From assembly GCA_963713045.1 (NCBI GenBank), contig CAVQKE010000003.1, positions 704,001 to 768,000 of the forward strand: 64,000 nucleotides of DNA, given 5' to 3'. Shown here in pieces: positions 36,772-47,683 of this stretch. This stretch comes from an uncultured delta proteobacterium. Its GTDB lineage: Bacteria; Myxococcota; Myxococcia; Myxococcales; Myxococcaceae. Each line of letters starts with the position of its first letter. Position 1 is the first letter of the stretch. The translations under genes were made by a program, and so were the position numbers. The notes below the pieces were generated by a model. The model saw only the letters and a program-made list of their open reading frames with translations, ran no database searches and was not told where the DNA came from.

Positions 36772-37494
36772 ATGAACGTCGCCGCCATTTACGCCCGCCT
36801 CTACCTGGACTGCTCGCGCCGAGCGCTGGCCAGCATCGCCAAGAGTCCCTGGACGCTGCTGCTGCCGGTGGGCCTCTTCCTGGCGCTGCAGCTGGCCGGC
36901 ATGCTGGCCTCCCCACTGGGAATGCTCGCAGGCATTGTCCTCGGCCTGGTGCTGGCTGCACTCGGCAGCTGCTACCTGTATTTCCTCGGAGAGGTGGTTG
37001 CCAACGCGAAAGTCCAGCTGTCCGAGTTCCGCAAAAGCATTGCTGCGTACTTCTGGTCGGTGGCCAACGTCCTCTTCGTCTACTGGATTGCCTCGTTCGT
37101 CATCGGCCAGCTGTTGTCTCGCTCTCCAGAGGCGCGCAGCGCAGAGGTGGCCCTGGAGTTGGTGGCACTGGTGCTCCTGAATGCTGTACCGGAGGTCATC
37201 TACCAGCGGCATACCTACGGCGGGCTGGCCACCATTCAGCGCGCCGTCCAATTTCTTCAGACCAATTGGCTGGAGTGGGGCATCCCCAACCTGGTGCTGC
37301 TCGCGGTGCTGTGGCTCGTCCTGAAGAATGGACTGGGCCTGGTGGTCGAGCTGGGCACCTTCGGGCTGGTGCTGTGGAGCGTCGTTTTCGGAAGCCTGCT
37401 TCACACGGTGATGGTCTTCCGCGGGCACCTTTTCGCTGCGCTCGACGGCAGCAGCCATCGCCAGCGCATGTTTCGCTACCGCACCGCAGCCTGA
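36772..37494 (+). CDS. Hypothetical integral membrane protein
   Basis: About 6 hydrophobic segments; LLNAVPEVIYQ...NWLEW...FRGHLF..LDGSSHRQR; GC3-rich codon usage. Confidence 0.8.
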   Translation: MNVAAIYARLYLDCSRRALASIAKSPWTLLLPVGLFLALQLAGMLASPLGMLAGIVLGLVLAALGSCYLYFLGEVVANAKVQLSEFRKSIAAYFWSVANVLFVYWIASFVIGQLLSRSPEARSAEVALELVALVLLNAVPEVIYQRHTYGGLATIQRAVQFLQTNWLEWGIPNLVLLAVLWLVLKNGLGLVVELGTFGLVLWSVVFGSLLHTVMVFRGHLFAALDGSSHRQRMFRYRTAA

Positions 37495-37495
37495 G

Positions 37496-37520
37496 GGGTT
37501 GCGAGGCGAGTTCGCAACCC
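37496..37520. terminator. Hairpin between convergent genes
   Basis: GGGTTGCGA-N7-TCGCAACCC perfect 9-bp stem. Confidence 0.55.
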
Positions 37521-37550
37521 GCGGGTGACGGCTTGGGCCCTGCCCTCACG

Positions 37551-37988
37551 TCACTGCTGCATGCCCGAGAAGGTAAACGTGAAAGAGCCGCTGCTTCCGC
37601 TGCACCCGGTGTAGGTGCCCGAGCCCTGAGTCATCATCGTCGTCCCGGCTGAATCCAGCGTCGCGGTCGCCGAGGTGAAGGTGTAGGCCAGGGTTGGACA
37701 GCCGCCGACGTCGTGGGCCGGACAAACGAGTGTCCCGGTCCAGGTGGCTGTATTCCCACTGCCTGTCGCCACAAGGGTGCCAGAATTGTCGGGACAGACG
37801 TCCGTGGCGGTGAGCATGTCCCCGGCCACTGAGAAGATGATTTGTCCCGTGTAGGAGAATGGCGATTGCCCAGCAAAGGTGACGGTGTAGGTCCCAAACC
37901 AGGTGCCTGCCATGGCCGTATTGACGGTTGCGGCGCTACTGCAGGCCGTCAGAGCGGCGGCGAAAACCACGAGAAGCGCGCGTTTCAT
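37551..37988 (-). CDS. Small Thr/Gly-rich beta-strand lipoprotein
   Basis: MKRALLVVFAAALTAC lipobox; four further Cys; alternating beta pattern. Confidence 0.75.
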   Translation of the reverse strand: MKRALLVVFAAALTACSSAATVNTAMAGTWFGTYTVTFAGQSPFSYTGQIIFSVAGDMLTATDVCPDNSGTLVATGSGNTATWTGTLVCPAHDVGGCPTLAYTFTSATATLDSAGTTMMTQGSGTYTGCSGSSGSFTFTFSGMQQ

Positions 37989-38164
37989 TTTGGAGGACCC
38001 CCTCGACCTGGAAGGCGGTGACTTTACCATTCCTCAACCCACAATCAGACTGGAACGCCAACCTCTGGCTCAGCTGAGGCGGAAGGAAGCGCCAGCAAGT
38101 TGACAATGCCCGGCGCGCTCCGCCTCAAAATTAGAATGCCTAAGCGACGTCTCGCCGGGGGAAG

Positions 38165-41100
38165 ATGAGCGCGGCGACCGAAACGAAATCTGCTGCTCCT
38201 CGCATCGCGGCGCTGTTCCTTCTCGCCCAGGCAGCGTGCTCGCTGGCACTGCTTTCCGTCACCCGGCGTTCGGAGAACGAGCGGCTGCTGGTGGCGGCTT
38301 TCGCCGTCGTCGACCTGGTGCTGGCAGTCGCCCTCGCGTTTGGCTGGCGCGCTGCCCTCCGGGCCCTGGTGCTTCGCAGCTTGCTCGGTCTCGTCGTCTT
38401 CGGGGGACTGGGGCTGCTGCGTCATGAGCCGGTGGGCGCCGGGCTGGCCCTGGCGGCCACGGGAGGCCTGTTGCTACTCGCGCTTGGCATCCCGGGCGGC
38501 GCGAGGAGTGCGGCCGGAGCAGGCTTGCTGCTGGGCGTGCTGGCCGTCGAGGCGTGCGGTCTGTACGCGGTCGTCACCGGCGACGCCCTCCTTGCACTTC
38601 CCATCTACCGCGCCCTGGGCTGGGTGGAAGGCGAGCCGGTGGAGTTGGTGACCGGCCGACGGCTTCCCTACCAGCTTCGCCTTGAGCCCGGTCATTGGGT
38701 GTACGCCACTGCCGCCCTGCACGCCGACGAAGACGCGGACGTGCATTTGGTGTGGCCGCGACGCAGCGCCCACCTGGTGGTGCGCGCCTTCGATGCGCCG
38801 GGGGCCGGCGGCTTTGACTTAGCCGAGCTTCAGCACCGGCTGGAGGGCCTGCTGGCCGACACCGAGTTTCGGGAGGCGGTGGACCTCGGCGGAAACTTCG
38901 AAGGAAGCCGACTCATTCGAGTCCACAGCCGAACCCCCGACTTCGACGAGGATGGCTGGCTTGGACTTTTTACCCGCGGAGACCACGGCTTCCTGGTGAG
39001 CGCCGCCACACCCAGTGGCAACTTCGCTCTGCTGTCCGAGACGCTGCGTGCCGACGTCGCTTCCTTCGCATTTGACCTGCCGCCTCCTCCCACCATTCCC
39101 CAGGAAGTGGTGGAACGCGTCAAGCGGGCGGTGGTGCTGGTGAAAACCGCGTCGGGCTCAGGCTCGGGCTTCGTCGTCGACGTCGTTGGGGGGACAGCGC
39201 GGGTGCTCACCAACGCCCACGTGGTGCAGCCGCCCTCCGACGGAGGGTCCGAGGAGCTCGGCGTCGTCTACACCGACGGCGCTGTCCGCGTCCTGCAGCC
39301 GGCGCACGTCATGCAGCGCGACAGCGAGGCGGACCTCGCGCTTCTCGAAGCGCCCATTGGGTCAGCCCACCCCCCACGGCTGCTGTTGCACACCGCACGG
39401 ACGGCGCCCGTCGGCCTCCCCCTCTTCGTCGTCGGCTTCCCGCTCGGACTGGGCGCCAGTGCCACGGCGGCATTTCCACCGCCCACGGTGAATGCCGGCC
39501 GGCTGGCGGGTGAGCCGGAGATGCCGGGCCCCATCCGAGTCGACGTGGCCATCAACCCTGGCAACAGCGGAGGGCCGGTGGTGGACGTCACCGGCGCTGT
39601 GCGTGGCGTGGCCATGGCCCACATCCGCGGCAGCGACACGAGTTTTCTGGTGCCGGCCGAGGAGGTGGGACGCTTCCTCGGCCACCCCGCATGGCTCGGC
39701 TGGAGTACCCTCGAAGCGCCCGCGCCCCTACCCGTCCTACCGTCGGTGGCTGGCGACCGGGACTGGGCGCTGCAGGCGACGGTCCTGGTGGAATCCGCAG
39801 GGAGGCTCGCCCCCGGTGTCCTGGTGCCCTCGGCTGGCCCTCCCTTGGTCCTCACCAGTGCCGAAGCTGTCGGCGGCACCGACGGGGGCCTGTTGGTGCG
39901 GGTGCGTCCCGGTTTCGACGACGAGCGAGCCATCTCCGCCAGCCTGCTCATCACCGAGCCGGTGTCGGACTTGGCGCTGCTGCGGTTGGCGCCAGACGCA
40001 GGGGCTCCGGCGCCACTGCTGATTGGCGCAGCCGCCCACCTCATGGAAACGTCCCCACTGGACCTCGCTGGCTTCTTCCTCACCCCGCAAGGGGGCCGCG
40101 CGTCAGGCCACAGCCGTGCTGTGGTGCGGCCGGCGGCGCTTTCTGCGCGGAAGCGAGACCGGACTGGCCGCCTGGTGGCCCTCTCGGTGGAGGCGGGCGC
40201 ACTCCCGGATTTTACCGGAGGGCCAGTGCTGGCTCCGGATGGGAAGCTGGTGGGCTTTGCCCGGCCCCACCGGGACGCGAGCTCCTCGCTTTTCGACGTG
40301 ACGGCCGGGGACCGCATCGCCGACTTTTTGGACGGTCGGCCCAGGGGCGCGGTGCTGCAGGCTGTGACGGACGGCGTCGGCCACTGCGTGTTCCGCCTTG
40401 ACGTGGACCTCGAGGACCCGCTGACGCGGATTCAACGCATCGGCGTCCAACTTCAGGACCCTCACCTGCCGGCCAGCCGGGACGCCCTGGCTTTGAATTT
40501 TCAGCCGCCGGCCGCCGCCCAGCTGGCCACCCAGGCACGGGGCACGCTCACCTTCCAGCCCCACCGCTGCCCCCAGGGCCCAACGGCGTTTCGTCTCTTC
40601 ACGGAGACTGGCCGAGGCCGCCGCACGGACGTCGTCTACCCGTTCCGCCTGTCGGCCGGCCCCGGCGTGACGGACCGTCTCGCTTTTGGGGAACCCCTGG
40701 CCGCCCCGCCCCAGGCTTTGGTGCCACCCCTCGGCTGGACTGGGACGGACTGCGCACCGGGGGATGTGACCGGCTGTCAAAGGGCTTGCAAACACAAGCG
40801 GGCGGCAAGCTGTTACCTGCTGGGCGCTGCTTACGACGCGCGCGGGACACCGGAGCTGGCCGAGCGGCCCTACCGTCAAGCCTGCGAGCGCGGCGTTGCC
40901 GTGGCCTGCGTCGCGCTCGCGCCCCGCGTCCCCACCACGTTGCAGCTGCTGGAGCGGGCCTGCGCGCTCGGGCAGGCTGAAGCTTGCACCCGGGCGGCCG
41001 CCTACCCGGAACACCCGGGAGGCTTTTACCCAGCACACCAGGCGGCACTGTTCCGGCGGGGTTGCACGCTGGGAGACGCTCGCTCCTGTCTCGAGCTCGC

Positions 41101-41350
41101 ACAGTCCGAGCTCGACACGGCCGGGCGGCCGGACACCGGGGCGGCCAGCGCCCTCCTCCTTCAAGCCTGCCAGCGCTGGGAAGCGGAGGGTTGCATGCGC
41201 TTGGCTGAGCTGCTTCAGGCCGGCAGAGTCGCTGCCCGGGGTCCCGTGACGGCGCTGGCGTTATTCGACCGCGCCTGCGCCCTCGGCAACGCGCGGGGGT
41301 GCGCGGAACTTGGAAGCATGGGACTGCCACCGGGGGGCCCGCTGCGTTGA
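38165..41350 (+). CDS. Membrane-anchored trypsin-like (S1C) protease with second degenerate protease domain and Cys-rich Sel1-like repeats
   Basis: About 5 N-terminal TM helices; GSGF...TNAHVV, DLALL and GNSGGP triad; second domain TSAEAV/DLALL/DFTGGP; C-terminal AC..G...C repeats. Confidence 0.8.
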   Translation: MSAATETKSAAPRIAALFLLAQAACSLALLSVTRRSENERLLVAAFAVVDLVLAVALAFGWRAALRALVLRSLLGLVVFGGLGLLRHEPVGAGLALAATGGLLLLALGIPGGARSAAGAGLLLGVLAVEACGLYAVVTGDALLALPIYRALGWVEGEPVELVTGRRLPYQLRLEPGHWVYATAALHADEDADVHLVWPRRSAHLVVRAFDAPGAGGFDLAELQHRLEGLLADTEFREAVDLGGNFEGSRLIRVHSRTPDFDEDGWLGLFTRGDHGFLVSAATPSGNFALLSETLRADVASFAFDLPPPPTIPQEVVERVKRAVVLVKTASGSGSGFVVDVVGGTARVLTNAHVVQPPSDGGSEELGVVYTDGAVRVLQPAHVMQRDSEADLALLEAPIGSAHPPRLLLHTARTAPVGLPLFVVGFPLGLGASATAAFPPPTVNAGRLAGEPEMPGPIRVDVAINPGNSGGPVVDVTGAVRGVAMAHIRGSDTSFLVPAEEVGRFLGHPAWLGWSTLEAPAPLPVLPSVAGDRDWALQATVLVESAGRLAPGVLVPSAGPPLVLTSAEAVGGTDGGLLVRVRPGFDDERAISASLLITEPVSDLALLRLAPDAGAPAPLLIGAAAHLMETSPLDLAGFFLTPQGGRASGHSRAVVRPAALSARKRDRTGRLVALSVEAGALPDFTGGPVLAPDGKLVGFARPHRDASSSLFDVTAGDRIADFLDGRPRGAVLQAVTDGVGHCVFRLDVDLEDPLTRIQRIGVQLQDPHLPASRDALALNFQPPAAAQLATQARGTLTFQPHRCPQGPTAFRLFTETGRGRRTDVVYPFRLSAGPGVTDRLAFGEPLAAPPQALVPPLGWTGTDCAPGDVTGCQRACKHKRAASCYLLGAAYDARGTPELAERPYRQACERGVAVACVALAPRVPTTLQLLERACALGQAEACTRAAAYPEHPGGFYPAHQAALFRRGCTLGDARSCLELAQSELDTAGRPDTGAASALLLQACQRWEAEGCMRLAELLQAGRVAARGPVTALALFDRACALGNARGCAELGSMGLPPGGPLR

Positions 41351-41711
41351 GATGCCTTGGTGGCTGTCGGGACGGCCGTCCTAGCGGCTGCCGGAGAGGA
41401 AAGGCTTGGCAGTCAGGCCGCCGGAAGGCCCGAAGCAACCGAGCGAGCGTCGGGGATGTGCGCCCCATGCCAACGGTGCTGGGGTGTGCAGGACGAAGCC
41501 TGCTTGATGGCTGCTTCGTGAGAGGATTGCCCGCTTGGGAGCATCTTCTTTAGCAGACATGATTCCCTTCATTCACCGCAGTCGCACCCGCGCGTCCACG
41601 CGGCCGCGCCGAACGCTCGGGCTGGGGAGGCGAGCGCGGCGAGAGGTCCACCCGCTCCCAACCGATGTCCGCAGCGCTTCACCCCGCCTCACCGCCGCCC
41701 AAGGAGCCTCG

Positions 41712-43373
41712 ATGAAGCGCCTGGTGTCGTCTCGACTGTTGCGATGCGCTGCAACGGCCGAAATCCTTTTTGTCGTGGCCTGCGGTGGAGGAGGCAGCGC
41801 ACCGCCGGGCGCTCTCCTCCTCAGCGGCATCAACCCAACCGTGGGGAGCGCCGTGGGCGGAACACCCGTCACCTTGGTCGGCACCAACTTCCAGGCAGGC
41901 GCCACCGTCACCTTCGGGGCAGCCCAGGCCACCGGCGTCACCTACGACTCGTCCAACGCGCTGTCTGCCATTACGCCGGCGGGCGCTCTGGGCGCGGTCA
42001 ACGTGACAGTCACCAATCCGGACGGCCAGTCGTCGGTGCTAACCAGCGGATTCACCTACCAGGAGCCCACCTGCGCGGTGCCGGCACTCATCACTGGTGA
42101 CACAACGCTCGGCCCGACGTGCATTTGGGTGGCGACGGCCACTGTCAATGTGGGGGGAGCTTCCAATCCGGTGCTCACCGTGCTTCCGGGAACCACCGTC
42201 ATGTTTTCCGGCTCGCAATTGGGTGGACCGGGGGTGTCGTTACAAGTCGGCCTCGAGGCACCGGGCTCACTGGTGGTGGTCGGCACCAGCGATGCGGGTG
42301 TCCTCTTCACGTCGGCATCCGCCACGCCCGACGCCGGCGATTGGGGGGGAATTGTCATTGGGCCCTATGGCAGTGGCACCTTGTTGCAGTACTTAAGCGT
42401 CGAGTACGCAGGGGGCCTGGACACCAACAGCCTCCCCGAAACCGACAGCGCGGCGGTGACGGTGGAAGGCGGCGATGTCTTTGCGCTGAGCGCGAGCCAA
42501 ACCCCAGCGCCGGTCCTCAGCAACGTCAGCGTCGACTTCAGTGGTGGTCACGGCCTGGTCTTCGCAGGCCTCGACACCGGCTTTGGTCCGGATGGCGGGA
42601 ACATCAGCGTCACCAACTGGGAACCGAGCAGCCACTTCCCCTTTGTCATCGAAGCCAACCAGGGCGGCAGCATTCCATCGAGCATTTCTGCCCCGGTGCC
42701 AGACGCAGGCGTCGCCTACGCCGTTGTCGCCTTCCACAGCTATGTGTCCGACAGCTGCCTGGTCCAGGCGAGCACCACCTGGCCGGCCATTCCGCTTCCT
42801 TACCTTGCGGTGGATACCATCAACATCATCTCTCAGAGTTCCACCGGCCCAGCGGACACACTGAGCATCGCTGCGCCCAACATCATCGAATTCGCCCCCG
42901 GCACCGAGTTGGACGTGGACCCGCCTCCGGCGGGGGACATGCCCAACGGCAACAGCTTCCTGGTGGCCAACGCTACGGCGAGCAATTCAATCGTCTTTAC
43001 CAGCAATTCGGCGACGCCGGCGCCGGCCGCTTGGGGCGGCATCAACTTCTGGTGCAGTAGCAACAACCAAAACAGCGGTTCCTCATTGCAGTACGCGAAT
43101 CTCCAGTGGGCGGCGAGCGTCAAATCCGGCCCCACCGGCACTGGCGAAATCACGGTGCTCGATGGGCTTTCGACGCCGACTGGTCCGCTCGGGCCGCCCA
43201 TCACCAACTGCACGTTCGGCAACTACGGCAGCACCGGGTTTGGAATCGCCCTCTTCGACGTCCAAACCGCCACCTTGAATGCGTACCTCGCGAACAACAC
43301 CTTCGCCACCCCCAACCAAGTCATCCAGTATTGTTCAGGGCAGATTACGGATGGGACCTGCCCCGTCCACTGA
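41712..43373 (+). CDS. Exported/lipoprotein with IPT/TIG domain and beta-helix-like repeats
   Basis: AAGGAG RBS; signal ending VVAC; INPTVGSAVGGTPVTLVGTNF...VTVTNPDGQ...FTY (IPT); two FTS...WGGI repeats. Confidence 0.8.
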   Translation: MKRLVSSRLLRCAATAEILFVVACGGGGSAPPGALLLSGINPTVGSAVGGTPVTLVGTNFQAGATVTFGAAQATGVTYDSSNALSAITPAGALGAVNVTVTNPDGQSSVLTSGFTYQEPTCAVPALITGDTTLGPTCIWVATATVNVGGASNPVLTVLPGTTVMFSGSQLGGPGVSLQVGLEAPGSLVVVGTSDAGVLFTSASATPDAGDWGGIVIGPYGSGTLLQYLSVEYAGGLDTNSLPETDSAAVTVEGGDVFALSASQTPAPVLSNVSVDFSGGHGLVFAGLDTGFGPDGGNISVTNWEPSSHFPFVIEANQGGSIPSSISAPVPDAGVAYAVVAFHSYVSDSCLVQASTTWPAIPLPYLAVDTINIISQSSTGPADTLSIAAPNIIEFAPGTELDVDPPPAGDMPNGNSFLVANATASNSIVFTSNSATPAPAAWGGINFWCSSNNQNSGSSLQYANLQWAASVKSGPTGTGEITVLDGLSTPTGPLGPPITNCTFGNYGSTGFGIALFDVQTATLNAYLANNTFATPNQVIQYCSGQITDGTCPVH

Positions 43374-43378
43374 AGGGG

Positions 43379-44536
43379 CTACGGCGGGTCGTTCTGCCCC
43401 TGCCGGCGTAGAAAGGTGGGGATGTCAAACTGGTCCTCATCCACCGGCAGCGACGGGTCTCGCGCCGGACGGACCGCAGGGCGAGCCTCGGCTCGGACCC
43501 GCACCGGCGCGACTGCCGCCAGTTCCCCTGGGCTCGGGCGCGCGGCACCCGTGGCAACCGCCGGCATGGGTCGGCGCGCGTCTCGCGCCAGGAAACCCGT
43601 GGCGATGATGGTGATTTTCACCTCTTCGTGCACTTCGTCATCAATCAAGCTGCCGAAAATAATCTCGGCTTCCTCGTCGGCGGCATCGTGCACCAAGGTC
43701 AAGGCCTCGTTCACTTCCTGCAGAGTCAGGTCGCGCCCACCGGTGATGTTGATGAGCAGCCCGGTGGCGCCGTCGATGGTCACGTCCTCCAACAGCGGGG
43801 AGGCGATGGCTTGCTGCATCGCGTTGACCGCCCGCTTTTCGCCGGCCGCTCGGCCGGTGCCCATCAGCGCCAGCCCCTTGTCCGACATGATGGTCTTCAC
43901 GTCGGCAAAGTCGACGTTGATGTAGCCGTGGTACTGAATGAGGTCGGAGATGCCCTGGACCGCGTTGAGCAGGACTTCGTCGGCACGCTTGAAGGTGTCG
44001 AGTAGCGGCATCGATTGACCGCCCAGCGTCAAGAGGCGCTGGTTGGGAATGGTGATGAGCGTGTCCACCGCCGTCTTCAGCTCGACCAGCCCGGCATCGG
44101 CCTGCTTGCGTCGCTTGTTTCCCTCGAAGTGAAACGGTTTGGTGACCACCGCCACCGTCAGGGAACCGAGGGACTTGGCGATGTCGGCGATGATGGGGGC
44201 AGCTCCGGTCCCGGTTCCGCCTCCCATGCCGGCAGTCACGAAGACCATGTCCGCGCCTTCCAGCGCTTGGGCGATGAGCTCCTTGCTTTCCAGCGCCGCC
44301 TCCCGACCGATGTCCGGGTTGGCACCGGCGCCCAGCCCCTTGGTGAGGCCGGAGCCGATTTGCACCTTCACTTGGGCGTTGCTGGCAGCGAGGGCCTGAA
44401 TGTCGGTGTTGCAGGCGATGAATTGCACCCGTTCCAGACCGGCGGCAATCATGGTGTTGATGGCGTTGCAGCCAGCGCCACCCACGCCCACCACGCGTAT
44501 TTTCGCGCCCTGCTTGTTTGATTCCAAGCCGTCCAT
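43379..44536 (-). CDS. ftsZ: Cell division protein FtsZ
   Basis: [27 protein letters not shown] and C-terminal DIPTFLR motifs. Confidence 0.98.
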   Translation of the reverse strand: MDGLESNKQGAKIRVVGVGGAGCNAINTMIAAGLERVQFIACNTDIQALAASNAQVKVQIGSGLTKGLGAGANPDIGREAALESKELIAQALEGADMVFVTAGMGGGTGTGAAPIIADIAKSLGSLTVAVVTKPFHFEGNKRRKQADAGLVELKTAVDTLITIPNQRLLTLGGQSMPLLDTFKRADEVLLNAVQGISDLIQYHGYINVDFADVKTIMSDKGLALMGTGRAAGEKRAVNAMQQAIASPLLEDVTIDGATGLLINITGGRDLTLQEVNEALTLVHDAADEEAEIIFGSLIDDEVHEEVKITIIATGFLARDARRPMPAVATGAARPSPGELAAVAPVRVRAEARPAVRPARDPSLPVDEDQFDIPTFLRRQGQNDPP

Positions 44537-45768
44537 CAGAAAATCTCCTCCAGCCACTCCCGCATCCGCCCCTTCACCTTCTGGTAGACGTTTTCTTCGC
44601 GAATCCGGAACAGGCGTCGGTCCTGGTGCCGCGCTCCGTAGATGACGAGTCCCACGCCGGTGGCGTACATCGGGCTCTTCACCACATCGACCAGTCCGCC
44701 GATTCCTCGCGGCATGCCTCGGCGCACCGGCAGGCCAAGCACCTCCTCGGCCAGTTCGGGCATCCCCCCAAGCAGGGTCGAGCCGCCGGTGATGACGACG
44801 CCGCTCGCCAGCAAGTCCTCGTAGCCGCACTTCTGGATTTCTCGGTGGACGAGCTGGAAGATCTCCTCCACGCGCGGCTCTAAAATTTCGCAGAGGATCT
44901 GCCGTCCCAGCACCCGTGGCTGTCGTCCACCGACCGAGGGGACCTCGATGGTCTCGTCCTTGTCCACCATCGAAGCCAGCGCGCAGCCGTACTTCTGCTT
45001 GATGCGCTCGGCCTCGTGGGCGGGCGTGCGCAGCCCAATCGCAATGTCGCTGGTGAGGTTGTTGCCCCCCAGCGCGATGACCGCGGTGTGGACGATGCTG
45101 CCGCCCGAGAAAATCGCGATGTCGGTCGTCCCGCCGCCAATGTCCACCAGGCAGACGCCGAGCTCCTTCTCGTCCTCGCCCAGCACCGCCTCGCTGGAGG
45201 CCAGCGGCTGAAGGACGATGTCGGCGACGTTGAGGCCGGTCCGGTTGGCGCACTTGACGATGTTCTGCGCGCTGGAGACCGCGCCGGTGACAATGTGGAC
45301 CTTGGCCTCCAGTCGCACCCCGGCCATTCCCAACGGCTCTTTGATGCCGCCCTGGTCGTCGATGATGAATTCCTGAGGAAGCACGTGGATGACTTCCCGG
45401 TCCATGGGGATGGCCACCGCCTTGGCGGCGTCGATGACTCGGGCCACGTCCGCCTCGCGGACTTCCTTGTCCTTCACCGCGACGATGCCTTGGCTGTTGA
45501 AGCCCTTGATGTGGCCGCCGGCGATGCCGGTATAGACGGTGGTAATCTCGCAGCCGGCCATCAGCTCCGCTTCCTCGACGGCGCGGCGGATGGAGGCGAC
45601 GGTGGACTCGATGTTGACGACCACGCCCTTCCGCAGCCCTTTGGAGGGGTGGGTGCCGATGCCGATGATGTCGATGCCGTTCTCGGTCAGTTCCCCGACG
45701 ATCGCGCAGATCTTCGTGGTGCCGATGTCCAGGCCGACGACGATGTCCCCGCCCTTCTGCTTCGCCAT
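44536..45768 (-). CDS. ftsA: Cell division protein FtsA
   Basis: [23 protein letters not shown] and VITGG motifs; C-terminal amphipathic MREWLEEIF. Confidence 0.98.
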   Translation of the reverse strand: MAKQKGGDIVVGLDIGTTKICAIVGELTENGIDIIGIGTHPSKGLRKGVVVNIESTVASIRRAVEEAELMAGCEITTVYTGIAGGHIKGFNSQGIVAVKDKEVREADVARVIDAAKAVAIPMDREVIHVLPQEFIIDDQGGIKEPLGMAGVRLEAKVHIVTGAVSSAQNIVKCANRTGLNVADIVLQPLASSEAVLGEDEKELGVCLVDIGGGTTDIAIFSGGSIVHTAVIALGGNNLTSDIAIGLRTPAHEAERIKQKYGCALASMVDKDETIEVPSVGGRQPRVLGRQILCEILEPRVEEIFQLVHREIQKCGYEDLLASGVVITGGSTLLGGMPELAEEVLGLPVRRGMPRGIGGLVDVVKSPMYATGVGLVIYGARHQDRRLFRIREENVYQKVKGRMREWLEEIF

Positions 45769-45785
45769 GTGGTTTCCTCGTGCCT

Positions 45786-46613
45786 TCACTTCGCCGCGTG
45801 GTCCCGCGCCGGCGCGCCGGCCAGCTGGACAGCGACCCAGGTGGGCCGCACTCGGTTTTCCAAATGGATGGTGGCTGCTGTCAGGCCGCGCTGGTGGAGC
45901 TCGGCCCGGACGCGGAGCAGGCGCTCCAGGGCGTCGTCGGGCGCTCCCGACGCCAACGCCACCACCTGGCCGTCGGTGTCAATGGCGCGCAGCCCCCCCT
46001 CCTCGAGATGAACTTCGGAGAGGCCAGGGTGCTGGATGGTGCGGGCCCACGCCGCCATCAGGTTGAGCGCCACGCGCAGGCGCGCCGCCGTCTCCTCGGG
46101 AGCCTGGGCCGCTTCTTCGCGGCTGACGCCAGTAATCAGTGGCAAGTCGAGCGCGTCCGCGCCGGAGACGCGTTTGAAGGGCACGCCGTCCGCGTCGACG
46201 ACGTAGAGGTCCCCGATGACGGCCAACGCAGCCGGAACGTGCTCCTCGACGCGAATTTGCAAGATGTCTGGAAGCGCCCGCCGCACCTCGACGCTGCTCA
46301 CCCATGGGTGGGCAGCCATCGCTCGAGCCACCTCCACCGCGTCCAGTGCCCAGAGGTTGGTGCCCAGCTGGACTCCCCCCAGCGCCAGCAGCTCGGCCTC
46401 GGTGGCGCGCTCGGCGCCCGCCAGTTGCACCGAGCGAAGTGCAAAGGCGGCTGACTGACGCGCCCAGGCGTCGAGCCGCACCACCGCCACCCCCAGGGCA
46501 ACCAGGGCAGCGACGGCAAGCAGCAGCCGGGGCCCGTGCGTCAACACCACGCCGGGGAGGCGGGCGGGGCGCTCGAGCCGGCGGCGGCGATTCCTGGGCG
46601 GGCCGGGGGGCAT
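45786..46613 (-). CDS. ftsQ: Cell division protein FtsQ/DivIB
   Basis: Single TM, POTRA domain ([22 protein letters not shown]), DLPLITG; position between ddl and ftsA. Confidence 0.9.
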   Translation of the reverse strand: MPPGPPRNRRRRLERPARLPGVVLTHGPRLLLAVAALVALGVAVVRLDAWARQSAAFALRSVQLAGAERATEAELLALGGVQLGTNLWALDAVEVARAMAAHPWVSSVEVRRALPDILQIRVEEHVPAALAVIGDLYVVDADGVPFKRVSGADALDLPLITGVSREEAAQAPEETAARLRVALNLMAAWARTIQHPGLSEVHLEEGGLRAIDTDGQVVALASGAPDDALERLLRVRAELHQRGLTAATIHLENRVRPTWVAVQLAGAPARDHAAK

Positions 46614-46738
46614 TGTCTAATCCGCCTATGCTCGGGCTGGAATTGGACCGACGCCAGTTTTTCGCCACAGCTACGTTGCGCAGCGAAGCTGTAGGCAAGC
46701 CCCGGGGGGAAGGCCCTCAGCCAGCCCCGGGAAGGGCC

Positions 46739-47683
46739 TCAGGCCTTGAGCGAGGCCCCGAGGAGCAGCCGCTCGCACAGCGCAGGGAAGTCAATGCCGC
46801 GTCCCGCTGCAATTTTCGGCAGCAGGCTGGTGGCCGTCATTCCCGGCAGCGTATTCAATTCGAGCAGCTGCACCTCCCCTTCGGGCGTCACGATGCAGTC
46901 GCTCCGGGTGGCGCCACTGCAGCCCAGGGCCTGGTGGGCCGCCAGGCACACCGCATTCACGCGCTGGTACTGGCCCGCGGGCAGGGGCGCCGGAAATAGA
47001 TACTGTGTCCCGCTGTCCGCGGAGTATTTGGCCTCGTAATCGTAAAACTCGCGCGCCGGTACAATCTCAATCGCCCCCAACGAGGCGCCGTCCAACACCG
47101 CGCCTTGCACCTCTCGGCCGGCGATGAATTGCTCCACCAACAGGGTACCGGCATAGGCCGCGGCCTTGCGCACCGCCTCGGCATAGGCCTCGGGCGTGCG
47201 GCAGATGTACACCCCGACGCTGCTTCCCTCGCGCGAGGGCTTCACCACCACCGGAAAGGCGAAGGGCAGCTGCTCCCGCCCAGCCAACGCCGCTTCGGGC
47301 GTCTCGAAGGACTGGTAGGCGGGGGTGGGGATGCCGCGGGCGAGAAAGACTTGCTTGCTGAAGACTTTTTCCATCCCCACCGCGGAGGCCAGCACCCCGG
47401 AGCCGGTGTAGGGGATGTGCATCGACTCGAGCAGCCCTTGAATGCACCCGTCCTCGCCATAGCGGCCGTGCAGCGCGATGAAGGCGATGTCGATACTCCC
47501 GTCGAGGAGGCGCTGCGCCACGTCGCGCTGCACGTCGACGTCCACCACCCGGTAGCCGAGCGACTTGAGAGCCTGGGAGATTGCTGCGCCACTGCGCTGG
47601 CTGACCTCCCGTTCAACGCTCAACCCGCCGCTGAGCACGCCCACCCGCTTGTGGGCGAGTTCTTCCCTGCTGAAGCGCTTCAC
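46739..47683 (-). CDS. ddl: D-alanine--D-alanine ligase
   Basis: GGLSVEREVS, LHGRYGEDG, EGSSVG, YDYEAKY and ELNTLPGMT motifs. Confidence 0.97.
   Translation of the reverse strand: MKRFSREELAHKRVGVLSGGLSVEREVSQRSGAAISQALKSLGYRVVDVDVQRDVAQRLLDGSIDIAFIALHGRYGEDGCIQGLLESMHIPYTGSGVLASAVGMEKVFSKQVFLARGIPTPAYQSFETPEAALAGREQLPFAFPVVVKPSREGSSVGVYICRTPEAYAEAVRKAAAYAGTLLVEQFIAGREVQGAVLDGASLGAIEIVPAREFYDYEAKYSADSGTQYLFPAPLPAGQYQRVNAVCLAAHQALGCSGATRSDCIVTPEGEVQLLELNTLPGMTATSLLPKIAAGRGIDFPALCERLLLGASLKA

Noticed and set aside
38100..38137. TTGACA ... TAGAAT sigma70 promoter for the protease gene
   Set aside because: The spacer is 26 nt, far from 16-18.
46660..46740. Inverted repeats between ddl and ftsQ as a REP/MITE element
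   Set aside because: Short and imperfect, with no second copy seen in the window.
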